This document shows positions 44,637 through 55,836 of a stretch of 64,000 nucleotides of DNA, piece after piece (the first letter of the stretch is position 1; each line of letters begins with the position of its first letter). Both the position numbers and the translations under genes were made by a program. The DNA comes from a virus (taxonomy: Duplodnaviria; Heunggongvirae; Uroviricota; Caudoviricetes; Demerecviridae): IMG/VR virus record IMGVR_UViG_3300016480_000208, one strand, 5' to 3'. A model generated the notes under the pieces. The model saw nothing but the letters and a program-made list of their open reading frames with translations, searched no databases and was not told the origin of the DNA.

Positions 44637-45602
44637 TTAATCCGCTCTCCCAACAATAGTTGGTATAATGTCCCCCGCCCGGATAACCGCCACCTTACAC
44701 CCAATTTCCAGACCCAAGGTCTCGATATACGTGATGTTGTTCAAAGTAGCTCGGCTAATTGAGGTTCCCTTAATATCTACTGGTTCCAAAATGGCCACTG
44801 GCGTGACTCTGCCAGAGGAGCCTACTTGCCATACTACATCCAGTAGGGTTGTTTCTACCGGAGGTTCGTCCTCTTTTACAGCATAAGCTCCCCGCGGGAA
44901 TTTGGACGTGTAGCCTAGCTCTGCAAACACAGTGTTATCGTCCACTCGGTAAACGATACCATCCTGTGGCGCAGTATCAACATATGGGTGATGAAGTGCT
45001 ACATCAAATCCTTGGGAGTCTAGGATTTGCATATCAGCGCTGTAGCTGTTTGTCATTGCTGGACTTAGTCCGTAGGCAATGAAAACCACGCCATATTCGT
45101 CAAATACCTTACGGGCTTCGTTAAGGTCTTTTTCCGTAACTAGCTTACCAGAAACAATATTTCTGGAGTTAGCCGAGGCTCTAGTGGCCACCACTTCGCC
45201 AGTTACTTGTACTAGGCCTTTTACACCAAAAAAGGTGTGGGGGATTTGAAGCAGCTTGATTTTCTCGGTTACGTCTTGACCCTTCTCTCCATCACCGCGA
45301 GTAGTGGCACGCACCAACCGTCCATCAAGATAAACCAGTTCAACAGCGTTGCCGTCGTACTTCGGAGATTCCACCATAGACTTGCCTGCACAGGAGGTGG
45401 GAATCTTATCTCCACGTTTCGGATACACTTTTTGCAGAGAGTACATTGGGTATGCAAGAGGGATGTCTCCAGTAGGCCCAATACTTTTTTCTGCATTGTA
45501 GTACATAACCAAAGCATCATACTGCTCGTCGGACAATTCCGGAGTGCCTTTAGCATATAGTTCTTGGTGATGCTTAAGTAGCTTTTCGATTTCTAAATTC
45601 AT
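44637..45602 (-). CDS. ligA: NAD-dependent DNA ligase, N-terminal adenylation part; ligA-like.
   Basis: KYDG adenylation motif and NAD-ligase Ia/adenylation-domain similarity. It ends with a genuine TAA, followed by a 178-nt gap with a promoter-like block. Confidence 0.65.
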   Translation of the reverse strand: MNLEIEKLLKHHQELYAKGTPELSDEQYDALVMYYNAEKSIGPTGDIPLAYPMYSLQKVYPKRGDKIPTSCAGKSMVESPKYDGNAVELVYLDGRLVRATTRGDGEKGQDVTEKIKLLQIPHTFFGVKGLVQVTGEVVATRASANSRNIVSGKLVTEKDLNEARKVFDEYGVVFIAYGLSPAMTNSYSADMQILDSQGFDVALHHPYVDTAPQDGIVYRVDDNTVFAELGYTSKFPRGAYAVKEDEPPVETTLLDVVWQVGSSGRVTPVAILEPVDIKGTSISRATLNNITYIETLGLEIGCKVAVIRAGDIIPTIVGRAD

Positions 45603-46168
45603 AAAGTAGCTTCAACTCCTCATTAGATAGGATGTTGGCAAAAGCTGCCAATAACCCATCTATGGTCTCGTCTGTATAAGGTAAGGTAATGCCATCTTTA
45701 GTGGGGAAGTATTCCTCATCCCAAGTTGACCAGAACCACCTTCGGATACTGAGGTATAGTTTTCCATTGAACTCAGATACTACCATTCTTATGGTATCTT
45801 GTGTATCCTTGTATTGGCAGATATCAATGGAAAAACATTCAGTAGAATCGGGGCCAAGTTCTGGCCCCGCCTAGGGAAGAGACATTAGAACGCTGAATTG
45901 AGCGGCTGGATGCTATTCACGAAACGTGGTTGCACAGCAAAAATACGCTCATTAGTGCGGTCATAGATAACCAGATGGGGTTTACCGCCCAGAGCTTCTG
46001 CCAGCTGAGTACGGTGTCTATCAGTGATTTGGGGTTCCCACTTACCAGGAGTTACAGTAGCTTGAATGAATTGGCGCTTACCACCAACGTACATTTCAAG
46101 GAAAAATTCATCCAGCTCTACGGCTTTAGCTTTCAGTACGGAAAATTGCATGTAGTCTCTCCTAGTTA

Positions 46169-46567
46169 TTACTTATTGAAGTTGCCGTTTTGAATGGCAG
46201 TGGCAAGGTATTGAGCTGCTTTGCCGGTCAGCTTACCAACGATTTCTTGGTCTACATCTTCTACACCGATAGCTTCCAGAGCTGCGGTCAGGGCTTTATG
46301 GGCGCTATCTTTGTTTACACGACCACCACCGGCTCCAGCACTAGCGGATGCGGCTTTAGGCTCTACCTTTTTAAGGACGTAGACTCCTGCATTAGTCAGG
46401 ATAACACGGGCACTATTCGGGGTGAGGCCGAACTCGGTAGCAATGCTATTCACAATTTCCATTGTGACTTTGGGACGTTCTTCCTCGGGATACGCACTGA
46501 TATCCTCTTTGTAGGTCTCGATTACTTGCTGTTTCAGTTCATCGGTGATAGGTACTGGCTTAGACAT
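46169..46567 (-). CDS. Hypothetical protein.
   Basis: 132-aa ORF with a promoter block upstream. Confidence 0.4.
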   Translation of the reverse strand: MSKPVPITDELKQQVIETYKEDISAYPEEERPKVTMEIVNSIATEFGLTPNSARVILTNAGVYVLKKVEPKAASASAGAGGGRVNKDSAHKALTAALEAIGVEDVDQEIVGKLTGKAAQYLATAIQNGNFNK

Positions 46568-46653
46568 TTACTTTCCTCATTTTGTTGTTAAAGAGTTTTT
46601 CTTAATTCATGCAGATATTATATCGTGAATTGGTGTTTTCAGCAATTTTTATT

Positions 46654-47004
46654 TTACAATGGAGTTTGGTATAGAACAACTTCGTGTAGATTCCCTATAC
46701 GGGCATTGGCTAAATTTCCATCCCTAGGTGCCAGAGCTTTCTGTGGGTGTAGGATACGACCGTGCAGTACCCAGACAATCAAAGCTATAGACACTCGTTG
46801 TCCGTAAATAAACAGGAAGGGATTGCCGAACTTATCATGAGTCCCAGCAACCCCAGTTGCTCCGTACTCATTACCATCCCTCCAGCGCAGACAGGTACTG
46901 GAAGTTTCGTCGTATATAAAGAGTTCGTCTAACTCCTTTTTGGTAAGTTTCATCAATGTCTCACCCACAAAAATTAATGGGGCGTCTTTGCCCGCAGGTT
47001 GCAC
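46654..47004 (-). CDS. HNH-family homing-endonuclease-like protein.
   Basis: ...YGQRVSIALIVWVLHG...DGNLANARIGNL resembles HNH_3-type endonucleases. Confidence 0.45.
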   Translation of the reverse strand: MQPAGKDAPLIFVGETLMKLTKKELDELFIYDETSSTCLRWRDGNEYGATGVAGTHDKFGNPFLFIYGQRVSIALIVWVLHGRILHPQKALAPRDGNLANARIGNLHEVVLYQTPL

Positions 47005-47142
47005 CTTCTCTACAGGCGGTACAGCAGTAACCTACCAGCCTCGTAGTACCCCACTTATCCGTGTGTCGTATCGGACTACCTTCATACGCTGCTATTAACC
47101 TATTACAGTAGTAGCAGCGTGCAAACACGCTGCCGTACATAG

Positions 47143-47847
47143 TTAGTCTCTCCGATTGGCGGACATGCGAGCTTTTCGCATAGTCTCATAAAGGATTTCC
47201 TTGATCTCGTCAGAGGACATGCTAGTAGTAAGCGACTTGAGACTTACCCCCAAGGCTTCCAGATGCTTCAAGGAACCCAGGTCCCACCAGTGATAGTTAA
47301 CGTTGCGATGTCTTTCGCTGTCGAGAAGGTATACGCGGTACTGACCGTCTCCGTGGTGCTTACGAACTTCACCAATACAACCGTAGCCAGAAACCCACAC
47401 AAGCTCCCCTACATCAAAGGTATCTTCTGGGCCTTGCTTGTAGCACTGGTCAGGCATTTGAGCAGGCCACAAAGGATTCGGAGTTTCCGTTGTGCGAAGC
47501 AGTGCACCACTACGCCATAGAGCCATGCGAAGTGCTTCTGTCGGGCGGCACAGGCGTTTGGACAAGTCTGCCAGCGACACACCATTTAGGTAGCCTTCAA
47601 TCAGGCTTTCTAGCTCAACGCCTTCAATGGGGGTGCCCCGCTTTAGCTTACGTCGAGCAGTATCGCGCTCCTTATCTTCGTTGTACTTCTCGATAATATC
47701 GGCCAATCGCTTGGTGTTGTAGGCAATGCCTAGAGTTTCACACGCCAGCTTTTTAGTTGCCCCATCCTGCAACATTTTGATTACTTGCGGGATTAGGGCT
47801 TCATTGTAGTCTTGCTTAGGGGCACGGGCCATATTAGCTTCCTCCAT
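47143..47847 (-). CDS. Hypothetical protein.
   Basis: 234-aa ORF with a promoter block upstream. Confidence 0.45.
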   Translation of the reverse strand: MEEANMARAPKQDYNEALIPQVIKMLQDGATKKLACETLGIAYNTKRLADIIEKYNEDKERDTARRKLKRGTPIEGVELESLIEGYLNGVSLADLSKRLCRPTEALRMALWRSGALLRTTETPNPLWPAQMPDQCYKQGPEDTFDVGELVWVSGYGCIGEVRKHHGDGQYRVYLLDSERHRNVNYHWWDLGSLKHLEALGVSLKSLTTSMSSDEIKEILYETMRKARMSANRRD

Positions 47848-48229
47848 TCAATTTATACAATAATTATAGCAATTATTCAGGTCGTGGGCAATAGATATTT
47901 TAAATCGGGATAACGCCTGATTAGTTGCTCCAGATTTTTACGTAAGTTTGGCTCATAGGGCTCCAACAACGCTGGAGCCGCAAAGAAAGCCACACTGAAA
48001 GGGTACACTTTACATATCATCCGTTAGTTACCTCGGCCAGAACCTATTTTTAGACCGTTCCAGCTCCACCAGTTTTCGATAGGTCTTTTTAAACATACCT
48101 TTGTTATTTTTCTGTTTCTTAGAGTACATCCACGGGTTTAAATCGTTATATACACTGAGGTACTGGGACAGGTATATTTCATGGAGTTCTGATAAATAAG
48201 TAGCACGTCTTGACATTTTCCATCCTTAA

Positions 48230-51157
48230 TTATAACTCGAGCATTTCCGAGTAATCTACAGGAGATTCTTCCTTAAGTGCAGAAGGAAGCGGTAGACTAT
48301 TAAATGAGCAGTACTTCTCTACGTTAAGTAGGGCGTTTGCAGGTTCCCATACCCAATGTTTAGCATCCAAAGGAATACCTAACATGCTGAACAGTAGGGT
48401 AGGAATTTTGTTGTTATAGTGTACACCAGCCCTAAACAGCTTTGGCAGGTTTACAAGACACAAGTCAATAAACTTGGCCTTCTTCCAGCCAGCCTCTAAT
48501 TGGGCATCCATGATTTGACATAATTCGTCCCATAGCCCTGGAATCATCATGAATCGGTATGCCTTTTCAGCCTTCTTCAAGGTGTTATCCTCTAGGAAGT
48601 CAATAATCATATCTACAGTGATGTCTTCCACCCCTGAGAAGTGTTGGACAGCTTTGTAGATCATTTGAGCGTTATTAATCCTTCGTGTATTTGGGATATT
48701 TTTACTCATATAGATTTTGGTGGCGTATAAATTCAAGTGCTCTTCTGAGTACATTGCCAATGCTTTGTACTCCAGCAAGTTCTCCTCACACGGAGGGAGA
48801 ATAGTAACCTTGCTAGTTTTCTTGAGCATGTTGTAGCGGACGTAGAACTGGTACTTATTATGCTCACGCATCTTCCTTAAAAAGAAGATGGTTTGCAAAT
48901 CACCAACCATACCCTTATCAAAAGACGACAAGCACTTAGCGGGAGTAGACACGCCACCGTTGGCATCACCAGAAGTCCAGTAATGGACGTAAATCGGGTG
49001 ACGCTCTCTGCAGATAGCCTGAATACGAATTGCTGGACTGTTTAAGCCAGATGATGTAATACAGTACACATGGGTAAAGTACTTCTGGAAGTCAACACCA
49101 GAGGTCATACTTGGGCTTGTAATACAGATATCCACACATAGCTCTTTTAGGGCTTTGGTGGGTACAGCAGCATCCATGATCATCCGCACGTCTTCATCAT
49201 CCCTACTCTCAGCATGAATCTCCACAATAGTTGGGACCCTAACACCATTAGCAATACAGTGTTGCTGGATACCGTAAGAAAGTTCGTCAATCTGTTTAGG
49301 GCCGTAGTCCGTTACTACTAAGATACGCATTGGTAGACCCGAGCTAGCGTTTGTTAACATATGGCCAACAATATCAGGCTCAGTCTTGTGCTCATACACT
49401 TTAGCGTCTAGGTGAGTAGGAACCTCCGACTGGTAGGTTATAGTGGGTTTTGTATGCCCCACCAAGGCTGAGTAGGCTTCCACAGTCTCGCTAGAGGTGT
49501 CCCCGTCTGCCAAGATCACGTAATCACACTGAATCATCAACAGATACAGCGCGTTAAGGATACGGTCTCGGCGCTCAGTGTCAATGATAGCACTGTCAAG
49601 TAGTTCTTGGATGGTACTGTCGGACTCGTCAATAAACAAGGTTTTGGTGCCAGGAATACCAGTAAATCTCTCCGCAACTTTATGCAAGCTGTGGATAGTG
49701 GTAGCGATACCATTCTTGTTTATTTCAAAGCCTAGCTTGGTGTATACATCCAAATCCATTGCAGAAGCGATTGATTCTACCAGAGTAACACGGTTGGTGA
49801 CAGCTAGAATAGAGCCCAGCTTGCCACGCTTCTGTAGTTCGCGAACAGAGTAGGTTTTGCCCATGCCCAGCGATGCTTTCAGAAAACTGAGCTTACCACG
49901 TTCAGGGAACGTGTCAGGTAGCACAAGCTTGCCCATAGGAGAAGGCTCACAATCGTGAATTTGGTGCTTCCACTTATTCTCCTTAGGAAAGGAGACACTA
50001 CGAGCAACGTCGGCAATAGACCTAGCCATAGCAAAGCGGAAACCGTTATGTAGGTAATCTTTGACCTTTTTCGTACTGCCATGACGCTTAGAATAGCTCC
50101 GTAGAATTGGTGTAAGAATATTTCGCTCAAAGTCTTTGATATCCAGACCTTCTTGCAATGCGTCAAAATAAAGGGTGTGTACAATTTTGATGTACATGTT
50201 GTCACTTACTTTACCTGTCATGATATCATTACACTTTCTCTGCAAGTTTGCAGGCAGCTGCGCTACAGCTTTATCAACCTCTGGATTAGCCAAAACAGGA
50301 ATACCGTCTAGTTTAGCCATGATTTCCAGGTGGTGCTTATTCAGCTCCTCGTACTCCGTTGCCTCAATAGCCGATTCCAGAGCTTTTGGGATAGTAGCAC
50401 TACAGCCAAAAGTATAGTACAGTCTATCTGTACTATGGAAGGGGTCAGCTAGCCCCTCAAGGGTTGGTGGGGCCGTAATCAGAATACGCGCTGGAGAGTA
50501 GGTAGTATTGTCGAGGAATCCTTGCAGTTTTTGGTTAATTTGGTCGATCAAAAAACGAATCTGACCACCAGTAAGTTCATGCTCATTCACAAAGTAGAAG
50601 TGCGCACGAATACCGGAACTGATACCTGCCGAAGAGGATGCCAGAACAATGTGACCCATAGTCTCAGGGAAAAATTCTGGGAACTCTTGATGCAGTAGAC
50701 CTACGATGTATTTGCCAACCTCTGGCAAATCAATTGGGTTGGGCGCAGACATATCAACCCAAGAGTCAATGTCAAATGCTATTAGTTTAAAGGGGGCATT
50801 GTGACTATCGAATGCTACCTTAGTACGTGGAACAAGTGTATCTTGCCCCACCTTCTTTTTACCCACCACCATTAACAGGTTTGGGTTATTTTGAGATTTG
50901 CGTAGAAATTTTACAGCACTCTTGATACTGTCAGGATTTGCTTCCTGTACTACCTCGTAGTAGAATTTCTTCCTTAGATCGCCTGATTCTGCTTTTAGCA
51001 GAAACGGCACAGGCATACTATCTTCCAGCTTGAAGGTAGACGTTATGCTTTTTGTAAAGCTAGGGGTGTGAGTCAAAGGTACATACTCTTCCCTCATGCT
51101 ATTATCTGAGGTTCGGATGTACCTACGCACCAATCTTGGAGCTAGGATAGAGAACAT
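48230..51157 (-). CDS. Large P-loop NTPase (Walker A LGMGKTY, Walker B FIDESD); putative replication helicase or primase-helicase.
   Basis: 975-aa ORF with no in-frame TAG. Confidence 0.55.
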   Translation of the reverse strand: MFSILAPRLVRRYIRTSDNSMREEYVPLTHTPSFTKSITSTFKLEDSMPVPFLLKAESGDLRKKFYYEVVQEANPDSIKSAVKFLRKSQNNPNLLMVVGKKKVGQDTLVPRTKVAFDSHNAPFKLIAFDIDSWVDMSAPNPIDLPEVGKYIVGLLHQEFPEFFPETMGHIVLASSSAGISSGIRAHFYFVNEHELTGGQIRFLIDQINQKLQGFLDNTTYSPARILITAPPTLEGLADPFHSTDRLYYTFGCSATIPKALESAIEATEYEELNKHHLEIMAKLDGIPVLANPEVDKAVAQLPANLQRKCNDIMTGKVSDNMYIKIVHTLYFDALQEGLDIKDFERNILTPILRSYSKRHGSTKKVKDYLHNGFRFAMARSIADVARSVSFPKENKWKHQIHDCEPSPMGKLVLPDTFPERGKLSFLKASLGMGKTYSVRELQKRGKLGSILAVTNRVTLVESIASAMDLDVYTKLGFEINKNGIATTIHSLHKVAERFTGIPGTKTLFIDESDSTIQELLDSAIIDTERRDRILNALYLLMIQCDYVILADGDTSSETVEAYSALVGHTKPTITYQSEVPTHLDAKVYEHKTEPDIVGHMLTNASSGLPMRILVVTDYGPKQIDELSYGIQQHCIANGVRVPTIVEIHAESRDDEDVRMIMDAAVPTKALKELCVDICITSPSMTSGVDFQKYFTHVYCITSSGLNSPAIRIQAICRERHPIYVHYWTSGDANGGVSTPAKCLSSFDKGMVGDLQTIFFLRKMREHNKYQFYVRYNMLKKTSKVTILPPCEENLLEYKALAMYSEEHLNLYATKIYMSKNIPNTRRINNAQMIYKAVQHFSGVEDITVDMIIDFLEDNTLKKAEKAYRFMMIPGLWDELCQIMDAQLEAGWKKAKFIDLCLVNLPKLFRAGVHYNNKIPTLLFSMLGIPLDAKHWVWEPANALLNVEKYCSFNSLPLPSALKEESPVDYSEMLEL

Positions 51158-52586
51158 TAATTGACAACCTCTTAATTATAACTTAGGCTCACATAAAATC
51201 CGTCCAAAGTACGTATTTCAGTGGCACTTTTTTAAGGGTGTGAAAAAGCCTAGCCCTTCGAGCGTCGATATGGACGTGGACTAGGCAGTTTCAGAAATAA
51301 ACCCCAATATACAATACTCAGCAGGAGCTCTAAAGAGCTTTTGTACTAAAGACCAAACCCTTCTTTCGAAGGTAAACAAAGACTATACTAAAACCTATTC
51401 GACCGTACACTGGTGTGGTTAAGTCTTCCAGCATTACTAGGTGTTCCCCAACACCTAGTAACACTTTCTCTCTATATAATACCAGATTACTTGATAGAGT
51501 CCCACCTCACACAATACATCTGAACCACTCTTATCACGCCGTAACTTTATTGTTTGGAACAATGGGTTCCAGGAGGCTATATGGTGCTAGCGGTTCTCAC
51601 TAGCTGCCACCTCCCACTCAAGTTATGTAACGGAAGCGCTTTGGCATAGGTCAGTTAGCATACTGCCTATTATTACCTGTAATTTAATACAAGAGACCAA
51701 CTATTGTCGAATACTTTTCAGTATTTGTTACCACCCTACTACAAGGAAGTAACAAATACTGCTTCGGGGGAAGCAGTACTCGGGTTTACTCAGACTCTCC
51801 AGTGATCCTGTGGCGTCCACTGGCATCTATTCAGTTTTCCATCTGTTACGTTTTCACTTCTGCGACCACATCCATAGACACACGTAAAACATGTCCAGCC
51901 TTGCCAGCTTTTGGGATGTACCATTTTGCTTTGTTTTCGGTCTTTAGTAGGGAAATTGTCGCCAACCTACTGAGTATGTATATTATACTGCTTTAACCGT
52001 AAGCAGTACCCAATCTGTTTCAAGCAACCCCTTTCGAGGTGGGCTTCTCCCGCTAAAGAGATTCCCGTCTAAGGAGGAAAACCGCGCTGGCTTCCTCGAA
52101 TTCCCTAAAGTATGTGAGCTTCTGGCCTTTGAGCGACCATTGGCGTTACGTCGGAGCTGGGTGTGATCCCACAACTGAATCTACCTCCATAGACCAGTCT
52201 CACAGCTTTACCTCTACTACTACAAAGATTCTCCACCTGTCTTTTCACAGGCTTTCACCTGCGGCAAGGCTGTCAGAGAATAGGAGGCTGCTTCATAATC
52301 TCGGTACCAAATAGGCCGCTAAACCTAAAAGGATACTGACCGGCAGCAGAGGACTCGTAACCCGCATCCATTACTGGATATTCCTCACCAACGCTTTCAG
52401 GAGGTAGACAATGTCACGTACTAACATTGCCTAGTACTTACGGCGCTGACCACGAACGTGGCTAGCTAGGGAAACCCCTAGTAATACCGACTTTTCGGGA
52501 AAGCCTTGTTCACAGACCTGAGAGGGTTTATTTCTCAGTTCATGCATATAGTATATCAAGTTCTAGCGTAGAAATCAACAGATATT

Positions 52587-53294
52587 TTAAAATGAATTTA
52601 AGTACTGTATAAGTTCGTATAGTTGTTGATCGGTTAATTTGAAAAATTCAGTACCCCCATTGTTAACTGTGGGATTGAACTCGTTATACGCCTAGTACTT
52701 TTTATGCAGCTATTTTTCTAGGTTCCTGGGACTATCAACAGTTATGTGGTGTACATACTGTAAGCTCCCACCAATATTTGCTATCCTATTCTTTATATTA
52801 TTGGTAATACCTATTTTTATAAGGCCTGTATTTTCACACCTAAAAACGTAAAGAATGTTTTGATTTTGCACGGAACACTTTGGACACCCATGTCCTTTTA
52901 AGTGGTGGTTGGGTGTCTGGGAGAATACACCATGCTCTGGACATATGATTAATACCTCAGTACGTCTGTTTACATATACTACAGCAGAATACTGGTAAGT
53001 ATTACCGTGAACCTATCTGAAATCCTGTATACATTGTTTGGTAGTTTTAAGTACATTACCCTAACATTTTGGACACCCAGTACCTTTTAAATGATCATGT
53101 GGTGTCGGGTAGAAATCACCATGAACTCTACAGGTTACGACTACACGGTCTCTAGATTTAACATACTGCGTCTTAGTGTAATCGTAGGTATCACCGTGCT
53201 TTTCCTTGAACTTATTAATATACCACAGATTCTTCACCTACTGGGGCTATTTACTTGATAGCTTTCCAGTTTTTGTTAAATACTGTTCAAACAT
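52587..53294 (-). CDS. T5orf172-domain protein with two GCPKC zinc-ribbon repeats (GIY-YIG-related), 6 in-frame TAG codons.
   Basis: Manual translation MFEQYLTKTGK...HLKGTGCPKC*...HLKGHGCPKC...LIKIGITNNIKNR...; RBS caaggagaaaaagcATG. Confidence 0.45.
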
Positions 53295-53427
53295 GCTTTT
53301 TCTCCTTGATTGCTTTATTATATAATACATTCGGTAGTTTGTCAACCCTCAAAATATTTTACCCCGCGCCTCCAGGGTCATTTCGGAATACGTCAACGGG
53401 TTACGTGTAAACATGTTAATCTAAGTC

Positions 53428-53456
53428 TTGACATTTTGGCTTGTTTTTGATATACT
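53428..53456 (+). promoter_or_regulatory. Consensus sigma70-type promoter for nrdD (TTGACA, 17-bp spacer, extended tgaTATACT).
   Basis: ttgaca 53428-33 and tatact 53451-56, seen in sequence. Confidence 0.7.
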
Positions 53457-53483
53457 GTGTAAATTAAATGACGGAGGTAAAAT

Positions 53484-55511
53484 ATGTTGAAATAGGGTTC
53501 ACTTCAAAAGAGTAATGGCCGCCTTGAGCAGTGGGATGATTTTAAGCTGATTAAGGCAGTTAATAAAGCTGCGGCAAGGGCTGGGGAGACTATTGACTTC
53601 GATAAGCTAATTCCGCTAGTAAATAATAGCACTTCTGTTAGTGAGTTATATCATAAACTAATGATTGCTTTGCAACTATTGGGATACGAAAAAACCGCAG
53701 AAAGCTACTCACAATACCGCTCCTATAAAAAGGAGTTCGGTGGCTTGCTAATGGAAGTCTGGGAAAAGACGCAGAAGGCATTGGCGTATGGTGATAAGAG
53801 TAATGCTAATGTCGATTCGCTAATTATCAGTTCTAAACAATCTTTGGTGCGTGGCTATGTAAGTAAGGAATTGTATAAGCACAACTTCCTGACAGTAGAT
53901 GAGCAAGAAGCTATCCAAGATGGGTATATCTATATCCATGACCTAGACCAGTTGCTTTATCCGCAAATCAACTGCTGCTTGTTTGACGTAGGTGCTGTAA
54001 TGCGTGGTGGCTTTGAAATGGCCAATACTAGGTACACTGAACCTCAGTCACTACGTACTGCCCTACAGCTTATCTCGGATATTGTTCTATGCGCTAGCTC
54101 ACAACAGTTTGGAGGCTTCACAGTACCAGAACTTGACAAAATTCTGGTTCCGTACTACGAGAGGTCACTAAGTAAACATTTAGATGATGCCTATAAATGG
54201 CACATAGAAGAAGCCTATGCCTATGCTGTAGAAAAAACAGAGGACGAACTAAAGCAGGGGTTACAGGCTTTTAGCCTGAAGACTAACACAATTCCGTCTT
54301 CCAGGGGCGACTTTGCTTTTACTACTGTAACCTTCGGGCTATTGGATAACGAAGATACCTATGATGTGCAAAAGAGAATCGCAACAGCTATTCTACGGGA
54401 TAGAATGTCCTACAGCACTCCTCCTGTTTTCCCTAAGCTAGTATATCTATATAATGAGGGGACTAACGACGAGGAACTATTTGATCTAGCTATTGAGTGT
54501 TCGTGCAGGTGTCTATACCCTGACTTCCTGAGTTTGAGCGGGGAAGGTTATGTGGCCGACATGTACCGTAAACATGGCAAAGCAGTCAGTCCAATGGGCT
54601 GTCGTGCATTCCTGTCAGAAGGTTGTGGGTCATTTGTGGGTCGTGCCAACATAGGGGCTGTATCCTTAAATCTCCCGCTAATCTATAAAATGGAAGGAGA
54701 TTTTTACGAGAACCTACTGACGTACTTGAAGATGGTTAGAACTCTACTAGCCAAACGCTACGAGTATGTTGCTAAAGCTCCGTGCTCTACTAACCCACTG
54801 GCCTTTACTCAAGGTGGGCTTATGGGAGGTACTAAGAGCCCCAGTGAACCAATAGGTGATATAGTAAAACAATTCACAGCAAGTTTTGGTATCACTGCAC
54901 TTAATGAGCTGAACATGTTGCATGAGGGGAAACCTCTTCATGAATCAGATCAAACCTTTGTCACAGAAGTAGTAGACTTTATTAATAAGTTTATTATGTC
55001 GGCGAGAGAGGAAGATGGGTATCTATATGCTCTATATGCCACCCCAGCTGAGAGCCTGTGCGGGACACAAGTACAGCAATTCAGGGCAAAGCACGGGGTC
55101 ATCCCAGGAGTCTCTGATAGGGAGTATTTCACAAACAGCTTCCACATGCATGTATCCGCCGAGATCAACCCATTTACCAAGCAGGACTTAGAGTTTAATC
55201 TATTCCACATGGTTAATGGGGGTCATATTCAGTACACGAGGTTAGACACTGATAAACCCAATGTTGTGAAGGGTGTAATTCTACGTGGGATGATGATGGG
55301 GTTCTATTCTGGAGTTAATGCCAATAAGTGTTTCTGCCAGGATTGTGGACACTCAGCAAATAGAGAGTTAATTGAATGTGATAAGTGCGGCAGTACAAAT
55401 ATTGCTGAAATAAACCGTGTATGTGGGTATTTGGGGTATAGCAAAATATCTGGGGACACACGGATGAACTCTTCTAAGATGTAGGAAATTAGGGATAGGA
55501 GAAGTATGTAA
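53484..55511 (+). CDS. nrdD: Anaerobic ribonucleotide reductase NrdD. The true start is ATG at 53484 and codon 4 is TAG. The terminal TAG at 55482 is read through for 9 more codons to TAA.
   Basis: Upstream of the listed M there is an in-frame ATP-cone (MLK*GSLQKSNGRLEQWDDFKLIKAVNKAAARAGE). The C-terminus has a Zn ribbon and the glycyl-radical RVCGY motif. A consensus promoter lies at 53428-56 and an RBS ggaggt. Confidence 0.85.
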
Positions 55512-55836
55512 TGTTGCTATAGAAACAGCCAATCGGATATTTTGAGGATGGTATGATTACCATCCTATTATTTGCGGGAGAAGGTAAGCCCCCCAGGTCT
55601 TATGCCCCTTTATCTAGGGAGGAAGTCTAGAGACTGCTTGACTTCCCTAAAACTACGTCATTGCATTTGTACAACGTAACAGAGACAAACATAGAGGAGG
55701 TGATAGCCTTGCTTCGTTTTATAAAATCTCTTTACAACACACCCATTTTTTGTTATCATGATTATGAACTATCAGAGGGCTCTAGATTGACGTTGGATGC
55801 CCTAGCCAATAAGTTAATTATGACAGGAGCAATAAA

